Shown: one piece after another, positions 19,201 through 28,400 of the stretch
Position numbering within the stretch: the first letter of the stretch is position 1
Layout of the letters: each line of letters opens with the position of its first letter
Source of the DNA: Phycisphaerae bacterium
GTDB taxonomy: Bacteria > Planctomycetota > Phycisphaerae > Sedimentisphaerales > Anaerohalosphaeraceae
Assembly (NCBI GenBank): GCA_018052735.1
Contig: JAGPMT010000004.1
Span: 96,558-160,557 of the forward strand
Direction: 5' to 3'
Length of the DNA stretch: 64,000 nucleotides
The notes under the pieces: model-generated
The model's input: the letters and a program-made list of their open reading frames with translations, nothing else
Told to the model about the DNA's origin: nothing
The model's database searches: none
Translations under genes and position numbers: made by a program

Positions 19201-19407
19201 AAGGAAATCCAGCTTATTATTAATACTCCTGTCGGCAAACAGAGCCAAACAGACGATTCCTATATTCGCAAGGCCGCTATTCGCTATAAGATACCTTATA
19301 TCACCACAGCGACAGCAGCGGCGGCCACGGCCAAAGGAATTGCCGCACGATTAAAGTCAAAATCAGATGTAAAATCACTGCAGGACTATCACAAGGAAAT
19401 TCTATAA
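16207..19407 (+). CDS. carB: Carbamoyl-phosphate synthase large subunit
   Basis: 1066 aa with duplicated ATP-grasp halves ([22 protein letters not shown] / [22 protein letters not shown]) and an MGS-like C-terminus. No carA is adjacent. Confidence 0.95.
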   Translation: [1066 protein letters not shown]

Positions 19408-19586
19408 AAATCTTAGGACTTTTAAGCTCTTTTATGTCGGGGATTATCAATTAAAAAATATGATCCGAAAAGGACATATTCAGATGTCTCCTGTCGATTA
19501 CAGGTGATTAAGCTTTTTGAAATCTCTTTACTTTCAGACAAAGCTGGATTACACTATTTAGTCTAAATCGATACAGCCAAAAAAAT

Positions 19587-21170
19587 ATGAGAAAAATCAA
19601 GATATACGATACAACGCTGCGTGATGGGATGCAGGCCGAGGGTATCAGTTTTTCCGTAGAGGATAAACTGCTGATTGCGCGGAAACTGGATGACTTCGGG
19701 ATTGATTACATTGAAGGCGGATATCCTCAAAGCAATCCTAAGGAAGAAGAGTTTTTCGCATGTGTGCGTCAAATACCGTTTCGTAATGCTAAGCTGACAG
19801 CTTTCGGCAGCACGCGCCGTGCTCAAACAAAGATAGAGGACGATATATGTATCCGTGCCCTGCTGGCCAGCGGCGCTCCAGCCGTAACAATGGTTGGAAA
19901 AACATGGGATCTGCACGTTACAGATGTACTTCGCTGCAGTCTCGATGAAAATATAGCGATGTGCGCGGAATCGATTGCTTATGTCAAAAAACAAGGCCGA
20001 GAAGTCCTTTTTGACGCCGAGCACTTTTTTGACGGCTATAAAAATAATCCCGACTATGCAATGAAAGTTCTTCAGGCAGCGGCAGAAGCAGGTGCTGATG
20101 CATTGGTATTGTGTGAAACAAACGGCGGCTGCCTTCCGCATGAGGTTTTCGATATCACACAGACCGTATGCAGGACATTTACAGGGATAGAAGTCGGCAT
20201 TCATTGTCATAATGATTCAGATTGTGCGGCTGCCAATTCGTTGGCAGCTGTTCGGGCAGGTGCTGTCCATGTACAAGGGACCATCAATGGACTTGGGGAG
20301 CGCACCGGCAATGCCAATTTATGCACGATTATCCCGAATCTGTCGCTGAAGATGGGGTATGAAACTGTCGGCAGCGAGCAGCTGAAAACCCTGACAGAAG
20401 TATCGCGCTTTGTCTTTGAAATTGCCAATCTGCCGCTGGTAACACAGATGCCTTATGTCGGTGAAAGTGCCTTTGCCCACAAGGCGGGACTGCATATTGA
20501 CGCTCTGCGCAAAAACAAAAAAACCTACGAGCATATTAGTCCGGAAGCCGTGGGAAATGAGCGGCGGTTCTTAATCTCCGAGCTTTCTGGGTCTTCGAAT
20601 GTTTTGGATAGACTTGAAAAACGCAAAATAATTACGGATAAAGCAGCGGCACGAAAGATTTTGAATCGCGTACAGGAGCTGGAAAATCAGGGCTATCAGT
20701 TTGAAACTGCCGAAGCCAGTTTTGAACTGCTGGTGAAAAAAGAACTGGGAACTTACCGCAGAAGCTTTGATCTGCTCAAATATCATATTGATGTGGAGCG
20801 GAGTCCCGACGGGAAAATGATTACGGAAGCAACCGTAAAGCTTCAGGTGGACGGCAAAACGGAGCATGTGGTCAGTGAGGGGGACGGACCTGTCAATGCC
20901 CTGGATGGAGCTTTACGGAAAGCATTGGAACCTTTTTATCCGCAGCTGCGGGATATGACGCTGATTGATTATAAAGTACGGGTTGTGAATGCCCGTGCAG
21001 GAACCGCCGCACGTGTTCGGGTAATTATTGAAAGCCGGGACAAGGATGGCTCGGTATTCGGCACAGTCGGGGTTTCAGAAAATATTATTGAGGCAAGCTG
21101 GCTGGCTTTGGTGGATAGTGTTGAATACAAACTCCTGAAAGCGGCGGAAAAATTGGAGCAGACAGTCTAA
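19587..21170 (+). CDS. cimA: Citramalate synthase (CimA-type, LeuA-like with C-terminal LeuA dimerisation/regulatory domain)
   Basis: 527 aa. IYDTTLRDGMQAEGISFSVEDKLLIARKLDDFGIDYIEGGYPQSNPKEEEFF and the HCHNDSDCAAANSLAAV metal site. Confidence 0.8.
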   Translation: MRKIKIYDTTLRDGMQAEGISFSVEDKLLIARKLDDFGIDYIEGGYPQSNPKEEEFFACVRQIPFRNAKLTAFGSTRRAQTKIEDDICIRALLASGAPAVTMVGKTWDLHVTDVLRCSLDENIAMCAESIAYVKKQGREVLFDAEHFFDGYKNNPDYAMKVLQAAAEAGADALVLCETNGGCLPHEVFDITQTVCRTFTGIEVGIHCHNDSDCAAANSLAAVRAGAVHVQGTINGLGERTGNANLCTIIPNLSLKMGYETVGSEQLKTLTEVSRFVFEIANLPLVTQMPYVGESAFAHKAGLHIDALRKNKKTYEHISPEAVGNERRFLISELSGSSNVLDRLEKRKIITDKAAARKILNRVQELENQGYQFETAEASFELLVKKELGTYRRSFDLLKYHIDVERSPDGKMITEATVKLQVDGKTEHVVSEGDGPVNALDGALRKALEPFYPQLRDMTLIDYKVRVVNARAGTAARVRVIIESRDKDGSVFGTVGVSENIIEASWLALVDSVEYKLLKAAEKLEQTV

Positions 21171-21393
21171 ATTGACCTATCCGTTTTATCTTGAATTCGC
21201 AGATGAAATCTGTCTTGCTCATCCTGGCTGATGAGGGGGCAAACAGCCAATGCAATAAATGAACGGATTGGCTTGTTTTGAAATTAAAAATGTTGCAGTT
21301 TGTCCAAAATCCGGTACAGTTTGTTTATGAATCGGTTTTCGGCAAGCTGTTTTAATCCTGCAAAGATATAAAATCAGACATAGGGAGGTAAGA

Positions 21394-22308
21394 ATGAATC
21401 GACGCAGTTTTATTGCCGTTGGCACCGCCGCAACTGTGCTGGGCTCGACCGCACTGACAACTGACACACATGCCGCTGATACATCAGCTTCATCCCAGCG
21501 ATTCAAGCTTAAGTATGCACCCGGACCCGGAATGTTCAAAAATCTGGCCGGTGACAACGTATTGGACCAGATCAAATTCATTCATGACCAAGGTTTTGGG
21601 GCCTTTTTTGACAACGGATTGATGGGCAGGCCTGCCGATATGCAGGAGAGAATCGCCCAAACCCTATCCGGGCTGGGTATGGAGCTGGGCCCCTTTGTGC
21701 TGTACGCGGATTTTGGAGCCAAAAGCTTTGTCCTTTCATCGGCAGATACCCGAAAGATGCTGACGGATAAGGCTCGGCAGGGAGTTGAAACAGCCAAACG
21801 TACCGGTGCCAAATGGGCACTGATGGTTCCCGGCCGCTATGATGAAAGTCTCGAATGGGATTATCAGACAGCCAACGTGATCGATAATCTCAAATACTGT
21901 GCGGATATTTGCGGCCAAGGCGGGCTGACTATCGTAATTGAGCCGCTGAATCCTCACGATCATCCGGGGCTTTTTCTGACCAAAATCCCACAGGCCTATC
22001 AAATCTGCAAAGCTGTCGGCAGCCCATTCTGCAAGATCGTCAATGACCTATACCACCAGCAGATTACGGAAGGCAATCTGATACCCAACATCAACCGCGC
22101 CTGGAGCGAGATTGCCGCATTTCATATCGGCGATAATCCCGGCCGGAAGGAACCCGGCACCGGCGAAATCAATTATAAAAATATCTTCCGCCATATCCAC
22201 CAAAAAGGATATACCGGTGTTCTGTGTATGGAGCACGGCCTCAGCAGCGGCGGACGAGAAGGAGAACAGGCACTTCTGGCGGCCTATCGGGAATGCGACA
22301 GCTTTTGA
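21394..22308 (+). CDS. Tat-exported xylose-isomerase-like TIM-barrel protein (sugar phosphate isomerase/epimerase / hydroxypyruvate isomerase family)
   Basis: Twin-arginine signal MNRRSFIAVGTAATVLG. GGGAGG RBS. IEPLNPHD and HIGDNPGR metal-site-like motifs. Confidence 0.75.
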   Translation: MNRRSFIAVGTAATVLGSTALTTDTHAADTSASSQRFKLKYAPGPGMFKNLAGDNVLDQIKFIHDQGFGAFFDNGLMGRPADMQERIAQTLSGLGMELGPFVLYADFGAKSFVLSSADTRKMLTDKARQGVETAKRTGAKWALMVPGRYDESLEWDYQTANVIDNLKYCADICGQGGLTIVIEPLNPHDHPGLFLTKIPQAYQICKAVGSPFCKIVNDLYHQQITEGNLIPNINRAWSEIAAFHIGDNPGRKEPGTGEINYKNIFRHIHQKGYTGVLCMEHGLSSGGREGEQALLAAYRECDSF

Positions 22309-22320
22309 GGAGTCTAATTC

Positions 22321-23181
22321 ATGACAGCAGACATTACACGGCGGGGATTTTTGGCCGGATCTACAGCTGGATTGGCAGCCGGGTTGGCAGGTTCGGCATG
22401 GGCGGATGAACCAGCCCTGAAGCTTAAAGGGCGCATTCGTCAATCTGTATGCAGATGGTGCTACAGCTCGATCCCCTTAGACAGTTTTGCGGCTTCCTGT
22501 GCCCGCATCGGCCTACAATCTATTGAACTGGTTGAGCCGGCAGACTGGCCGATTCTGAAAAAACATGGATTGATTTGCGCAATGACACCCAGCCATAGCA
22601 TCACCAAGGGGCTTAACCGCATAGAAAATCATCCTGAATGCCTTGCTAAAATCCGCGCTGCCATCGAAGCGGCCTCAGCCGAAAATTTTCCAAATGTCAT
22701 CTGTTTTTCCGGCAACCGAGCAGGACTGGATGATGCGGAAGGATTGAAAAATTGCGAAATCGCTATCAAGCAGATAGCCGGATTTGCTGAAGAAAAAAAA
22801 GTGACTTTATGCATGGAGCTGCTTAATTCCAAACGCAATCACAAGGATTACATGTGCGACCGAACAGGCTGGGGAGCGGAGCTAGTTAAACGAGTTGGTT
22901 CGCCCCGCTTTAAATTGCTTTATGATATTTACCACATGCAGGTACAGGAAGGTGATGTTATTGCTACAATCCGAGAATACGCCGATTGCATCGGTCATTA
23001 TCATACAGCAGGCGTACCGGGACGAAATGAAATTGATGATACACAGGAATTGAATTACCCTGCCATTATGAAAGCCATTCTCGACAGCGGATTCGGCGGC
23101 TATGTTGGCCAGGAATTCATTCCCCGCCAAAAAGATCCGCTGGCCTCGCTGGCTAAAGCCGCTGAATTGTGCGATATTTGA
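22321..23181 (+). CDS. Second Tat-exported xylose-isomerase-like TIM-barrel protein
   Basis: Signal ITRRGFLAGSTAGLAAGLAG. MELLNSKRNHKDY, YDIYHMQ and HYHTAGVPGRNE motifs. GAGGAG RBS. 12-nt gap to the previous gene. Confidence 0.75.
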   Translation: MTADITRRGFLAGSTAGLAAGLAGSAWADEPALKLKGRIRQSVCRWCYSSIPLDSFAASCARIGLQSIELVEPADWPILKKHGLICAMTPSHSITKGLNRIENHPECLAKIRAAIEAASAENFPNVICFSGNRAGLDDAEGLKNCEIAIKQIAGFAEEKKVTLCMELLNSKRNHKDYMCDRTGWGAELVKRVGSPRFKLLYDIYHMQVQEGDVIATIREYADCIGHYHTAGVPGRNEIDDTQELNYPAIMKAILDSGFGGYVGQEFIPRQKDPLASLAKAAELCDI

Positions 23182-23197
23182 AGAAAGATTCAATTGT

Positions 23198-23815
23198 ATG
23201 AAGAAAAAAATATTTTCTATTGTCGGACTCATTCTGCTGGCACTTTCCGGCTGTGCATCCAAAGAGGAGCTTTTCAATGGCCGAAATCTGGACGGATGGA
23301 AGCCGTATTTGGCGGACGCCTCCGTTGATCCCTCAACGGTCTGGTCTGTCAAAGATGGAGTACTTCGATGCGAGGGGGTACCCAATGGCTATCTGAGCAC
23401 TGTCCGCACATACAGCAACTATTCGCTGCATCTGGAATGGCGATGGGTCGAAACGCCGACCAACAGCGGCGTTCTTCTGCATATGAATGGGCCGGATAAG
23501 TTATGGCCGCAATGCATTGAAGCACAATTGAAGCATCAGGACGCAGGCGATATTTATTTAATCGGCGGAACGGATTGCAAAGGAATCACTGACCGGCAGG
23601 GTTCTCGGCTTCCGAAAATCAATCCGACAAGTGAAAATACTGCCGGCCAATGGAACAGGTACGATATCGTATGCCGCGGCGACACAATCGAACTGCATGT
23701 CAATGGCATCCTTCAAAACAAAGCAACGCAGGCATCGGTTACATCAGGAAAAATTTGTCTGCAATCGGAAGGATCTCCGATTGAATTTCGCAATATAAAA
23801 CTCAGGCCTTTATAA
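23198..23815 (+). CDS. DUF1080 (3-keto-disaccharide hydrolase family, concanavalin-like) lipoprotein
   Basis: The start was moved to ATG 23198 (MKKKIFSIVGLILLALSGC lipobox). LFNGRNLDGWK...W.V.DGVL...GYL.T...Y.N..L..EWR and the C-terminal GKICLQSEGSPIEFRNIKL are family-typical. Confidence 0.75.
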   Translation: MKKKIFSIVGLILLALSGCASKEELFNGRNLDGWKPYLADASVDPSTVWSVKDGVLRCEGVPNGYLSTVRTYSNYSLHLEWRWVETPTNSGVLLHMNGPDKLWPQCIEAQLKHQDAGDIYLIGGTDCKGITDRQGSRLPKINPTSENTAGQWNRYDIVCRGDTIELHVNGILQNKATQASVTSGKICLQSEGSPIEFRNIKLRPL

Positions 23816-23860
23816 TTAACAAAGGGCGAAAACCCGAAATCACAGTTAAAGGAGTACACA

Positions 23861-25132
23861 ATGAAAGCAGGTTTGAATCGCAGGGAGTTTGTTAAAAGTG
23901 CAGCGGCAGTTGCTGCAGGCACATTGGTTTCCCCAACCGGATTATTTGCGGCCGGTTCAGAAACCATTAAAGTGGGATTGGTCGGCTGCGGCGGACGGGG
24001 CAACGGCGCCCTGAATGACTTTCTGAATGCTGCGAAACATTTGAACCTCAAAGTGGAAATCGCCGCATTAGCTGATTTCTTCAAGGAAAGGGCAGACGGC
24101 ACAGCTGAGAAATTCGGCGTTTCAAAGGATATTGCTTACGGCGGAGCAGATGCCTATAAAAAAGTAATGGCCTCGGATGCACAGATCGTTCTCATGGCTA
24201 CACCCCCGATTTCGCGGCCGGCACATTTTGAAGCGGCTGTAAAGGCGGGTAAACACATTTTTATGGAAAAACCCGTTGCAGTTGATCCGCCGGGCGCACG
24301 CAAAATAATCGCAATGGGCAAGGAAGCAGCCCAGAAAGGGCTTTCGATTGTAGCTGGAACCCAGCGGCGGCACGAAGCTGCATACCTGAAGACCAAATAT
24401 GCAATAGACCAAGGCGCCATCGGGCCTATTCGGGGGGGGGCAATCTGGTGGTGCGGCGGCGCTCTTTGGTATAAAAAGCGGGAACCCGGCGAAAGCGACG
24501 CATCTTATATGGTCCGCAACTGGGTCAGCTTTACAGAAATGTCCGGTGATCATATTGTTGAACAGCATGTCCACAATATCGATGTTGCCAACTGGTTTAT
24601 CGGCAGAACGCCGGAACTGGCCATAGGCTTCGGCGGACGTGCTCGCCGGAAAACCGGCAACCAGTTTGACTTCTTCAGTGTTGATTTTGATTACGGCGAC
24701 GGGGTGCATATACACAGTATGTGCCGGCAGATTAATGGGACTTACAGCCGGGTCTCGGAGTACTTTACCGGAACTCTCGGCGGGACATGGGGATCAGGCC
24801 CCGGCAAAGAAGGTTTTCCCAAAAAGGTTGACATTCCTGAGATACCGTATGTCGGCAATCCTTATGTACAGGAACATGTCGATCTGCTCGAAAGCATCCT
24901 GAATGGAAAACCCATTAATGAAGCCGAGAACGTTGCTACATCGACTTTGACCGGCATTATGGGGCGCATCAGCGCCTATACCGGCCAATTGGTCCGATGG
25001 AAGGACCTTGTGGACGAGACAACCGGCTCTCCATGGTATAATTTAACCCTCAGTCCGACAGAGGCAGATTTTGAAAACAACACCGTACAGGCCCCTGCCG
25101 ATGAGATCTGTGCTATTCCGGGCAAGGAGTGA
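23861..25132 (+). CDS. Tat-exported Gfo/Idh/MocA family NAD(P)-dependent oxidoreductase
   Basis: Signal LNRREFVKSAAAVAAG. Rossmann motif KVGLVGCGGRG. EKPVA motif. AAGGAG RBS. Confidence 0.85.
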   Translation: MKAGLNRREFVKSAAAVAAGTLVSPTGLFAAGSETIKVGLVGCGGRGNGALNDFLNAAKHLNLKVEIAALADFFKERADGTAEKFGVSKDIAYGGADAYKKVMASDAQIVLMATPPISRPAHFEAAVKAGKHIFMEKPVAVDPPGARKIIAMGKEAAQKGLSIVAGTQRRHEAAYLKTKYAIDQGAIGPIRGGAIWWCGGALWYKKREPGESDASYMVRNWVSFTEMSGDHIVEQHVHNIDVANWFIGRTPELAIGFGGRARRKTGNQFDFFSVDFDYGDGVHIHSMCRQINGTYSRVSEYFTGTLGGTWGSGPGKEGFPKKVDIPEIPYVGNPYVQEHVDLLESILNGKPINEAENVATSTLTGIMGRISAYTGQLVRWKDLVDETTGSPWYNLTLSPTEADFENNTVQAPADEICAIPGKE

Positions 25133-25152
25133 ACAATCTTTTTCCCACAGTC

Positions 25153-25188
25153 AAGCCGGCGGATACATATCCGCCGGCTTATTTTTTT
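25153..25188 (+). terminator. Intrinsic terminator of the sugar-oxidation cluster
   Basis: AAGCCGGCGGAT (25153-25164) pairs with ATCCGCCGGCTT (25169-25180), a 12-bp perfect stem, followed by ATTTTTTT. Confidence 0.8.
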
Positions 25189-25428
25189 GGTTATACTTGG
25201 ATGACGTCTCTGTTAGTGCAACACAACATCCAAAGGGAATAGGCAGGAACAGCTTAATAGTACTATCAATAGTTTTCCGCAAATTTGTTAAGCAGACCTT
25301 TATCTGGACTGTTTACATCGGAATCAACTTCAAATAATATTGTCACAAACTGACCTTTTATATCAGCAATAAACAGCCCCACTGCGTCCAATCGATGCGG
25401 TAACCTTCAAATTACACTTGGGGCAAAA

Positions 25429-28400
25429 CTATTGACCCGGTGAAGGTTCTATTTCTCCCCAGCTGGCTGGATTGTTGCCGCTGCCGGTAATTGTTATCCG
25501 TCCCAGAGCCATCCCTGTTCCATCCGGTTCTGCAGGCCACGGCCAAGCATCGCCATAAATGCATTCATCAACAATTATCCAGGAAATAGCCGTCGGAACA
25601 AGTGGATCATCCGAATCCTGCGGTTTTTCCAGCGTGAGACGCTCGCCTGCATTTGACAGATCGCCTGTCCAAGGGCCGAAAATATTGACCCCGGCCACTA
25701 AATCTGTGTTGTTGTAAACCGCTTTAAACGCATTCAAGCGTTGTGCATCCGCCGCAGGATCAAATCCTACAATAACAATCTTGGTCTGCGCAGGCAACTG
25801 AATTGACGGAGAAAATTGAAAGTTGACTGCCCCATCCAATGCCCACGGCCCTGCTGAAGTCTGCAGCTCAATTGCCGTATCGGTGGGATTGTACAATTCA
25901 ATATATTCATCTTGGTTTGTGCCGTTTTGGGGATGGTACATAATTTCCGATATAATAATACTTGGAAGCGGCTGGATATTGGGAGCATTTCGACTCGGCT
26001 GCATCGCGAGCCAATACGGTCCTGCATCCGGATAGCGTCCATACGAGAAGCCGTTTTCCTGTCCTTTGAACTTGATGCAATCAACAATCCTGTCGGCATT
26101 TGGAACGCCGGGCAGATAAGACAGGAATATCTGTTCGCCCGCCTTATCCAAGCCGAATCCTGTGGAAAGGGGACTGTGGAAACCGGTGACTTCGTCAAAA
26201 CTGATAAATTGGCCGGATAAAACAGACCGGACCGGAAGCGGCCACTTTTTCAGATTATTCCCATCATCACTGAGATACCAATTGCCATCCAGACTCATCG
26301 AATTTCCTGCATTGTAGAGTTCAATCCAGTCGTTGCTGTCATAGCCGGGATAATTCTGGTCAGAAAAATCGGTATGGGCCATAAACTCATTAATAAGCAG
26401 CCCTGCCGGCAACGAGGGATCATCAGCCGCAGGAGATCCGCCGATATAGGCACTTTGCCGCCAGTTGCCGCCATAATTAAGCGTACTTGATGGCCGGCCT
26501 ACAACAATCGCATTCGGCAAAGGCACCAGCGAATGACCGGTTCCATCTGCCGCAATCGGCCAACCACGGCCGTCATTGTATTCAAACTCGGCTAACGTTC
26601 CATTCCATGTATCTTCCAGCTTAATCACTTCGCCGCTGTTTGAAAGCGAGCCGGTATAGGTTCCCGCAATCCGGCTGGATAATCCCGGATAACGCGAGTC
26701 GAAAGCCGCCGCATTCTTTACCACCAATACAAACTGACCGGGATTGAGAGTGGTAACTGCACTGCCGGCGAAACTGAAGGTAACGCCGCTGGTGAATGAG
26801 ACAGCACTTAAATCCAGAATTTTATCAACGCTGCAATTTTTGAGTTCGATAAATTCAAATTCATTGTTATCGACATTTAATTCGTTGCGTGCAGGATTGG
26901 CAGCGGCGGGATTGTACATCACTTCGGTAATCCGCAGATAATCTCGGATTTCTGAACCAATAGGCTCGCCGGCAACAAACTCAATCGGGGCCGACCAATG
27001 ACTCCACCGCCCTGTCGTATCTTTCATCTTGCAGCGGACCCGGTAGGTACGGCCGGGTTTTACACCATCGGCGGGAATTTGAATATCTGAATTGAAGGTG
27101 GTCAATTCACCGCTTTCCCAGACCGGCTGCAGCTCGTATTTATGCCGAGATAAACCTTTTTTCAGTTCCTCTGAAGGGGCAGACAATTTGGCGATCACTT
27201 CCAAATCTGCATAGCAATCACTGCTGCCGCTAAGCGAGACATTGATAACCTGAATTGCTATGACATTCGTCCCGGCTGTTAGATACTGCTGGGGATTGGT
27301 GATTTCAAAGGATTTATAAATTGTTTCGTCAGGGATATAACTGAGCCCATAGGACTCCAAAACGGTATTGTAAGGCAGATTTTCTTGAGCCGGAACATTT
27401 TCCTCCAGCGCCAGCTGGCCGTTAATCCACAGCTTAAATCCATCATCCCGCAGGATAGCAAACTGAAGAGACTGAATCTTTTCCAGATCAGCAACCGTAA
27501 AAGCCTTTCGCAGATAAATCGTGCTGTAATTGCCTCTCATATCATTCAGCGATGTACCCATCACAAGATTTGTGTCATAACCCACAGGAGCTGTGCCTTC
27601 GGACCACTGACTATCGTCAAATCCTATCTGCCGCCATGCACCGGTTTGTGCGGAGGGTTCCTGGGTACCCTTGAAATAGCGCCATAAAGCACCCCGATTT
27701 ATCAAATTTATCTGGGTCGGAGTTGAAGGGCCTCCCAAATTTTCATATTCAGCAATGCGCCACTTCATTGCTGCAAAAGTACCATTGCCTTGCGGATCGC
27801 TGAACGCCGATGTACGGAAGCGAAGGTCATTTTCAGGATACCCTGGCGTGCCAATGTATGTAATAGTCGGAGTGTTTGGGATATTCGTCGAATCGCCTTC
27901 GGCTCCGGCCAAGGTATCTAAATTGCTGGCGGTACCGGACCAGTAGTATTTGCCGTCAAATGTTCCAGCTGACCAGGCAAATTGCTCCATCAGTGCCACG
28001 CCCTCTTCCAGAGGCCCATTGTCAATTGAATTGCTGACCAGCCGCCAGCGGTCGCGGTCGGCAGGTACAAAATCCGCAATCACAGAAGCCAGTTCAGCGA
28101 TAAGGGGATTAATGACTTCCGGCTGCCATAAAAGATCCCGGAATTCGCGAATGTAGTTGCGGTATTCCTGCTTGATTGGCGCTTTTTCCGGCTTGGCTGT
28201 ATATTGCCGAAGGACGTGATCGCCATCGTACATCTGGTCATAAATGGCGCCTTTGGCATGATCGCAGCCGTAATTAAAATAGGGACCCCATGTATCATCT
28301 ACATCGAATGGAAGAAATTGGAGTTGTCCATAGGGATTTTCTGCGGAGTAATTTGGATAAAAATACCACGCACAGTTTTTCAGACAGTGAATGCAGGTTG

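Noticed and set aside
19563-20210. 215-aa ORF antisense to cimA. Similar antisense ORFs occur at 3536-4206, 22882-23385, 24122-24715, 40718-41254 and 57238-57909.
   Set aside because: Each is fully embedded in the opposite strand of a strongly supported gene. They have low-complexity or Cys/Arg-rich composition and no RBS, as expected for shadow ORFs at this GC content.
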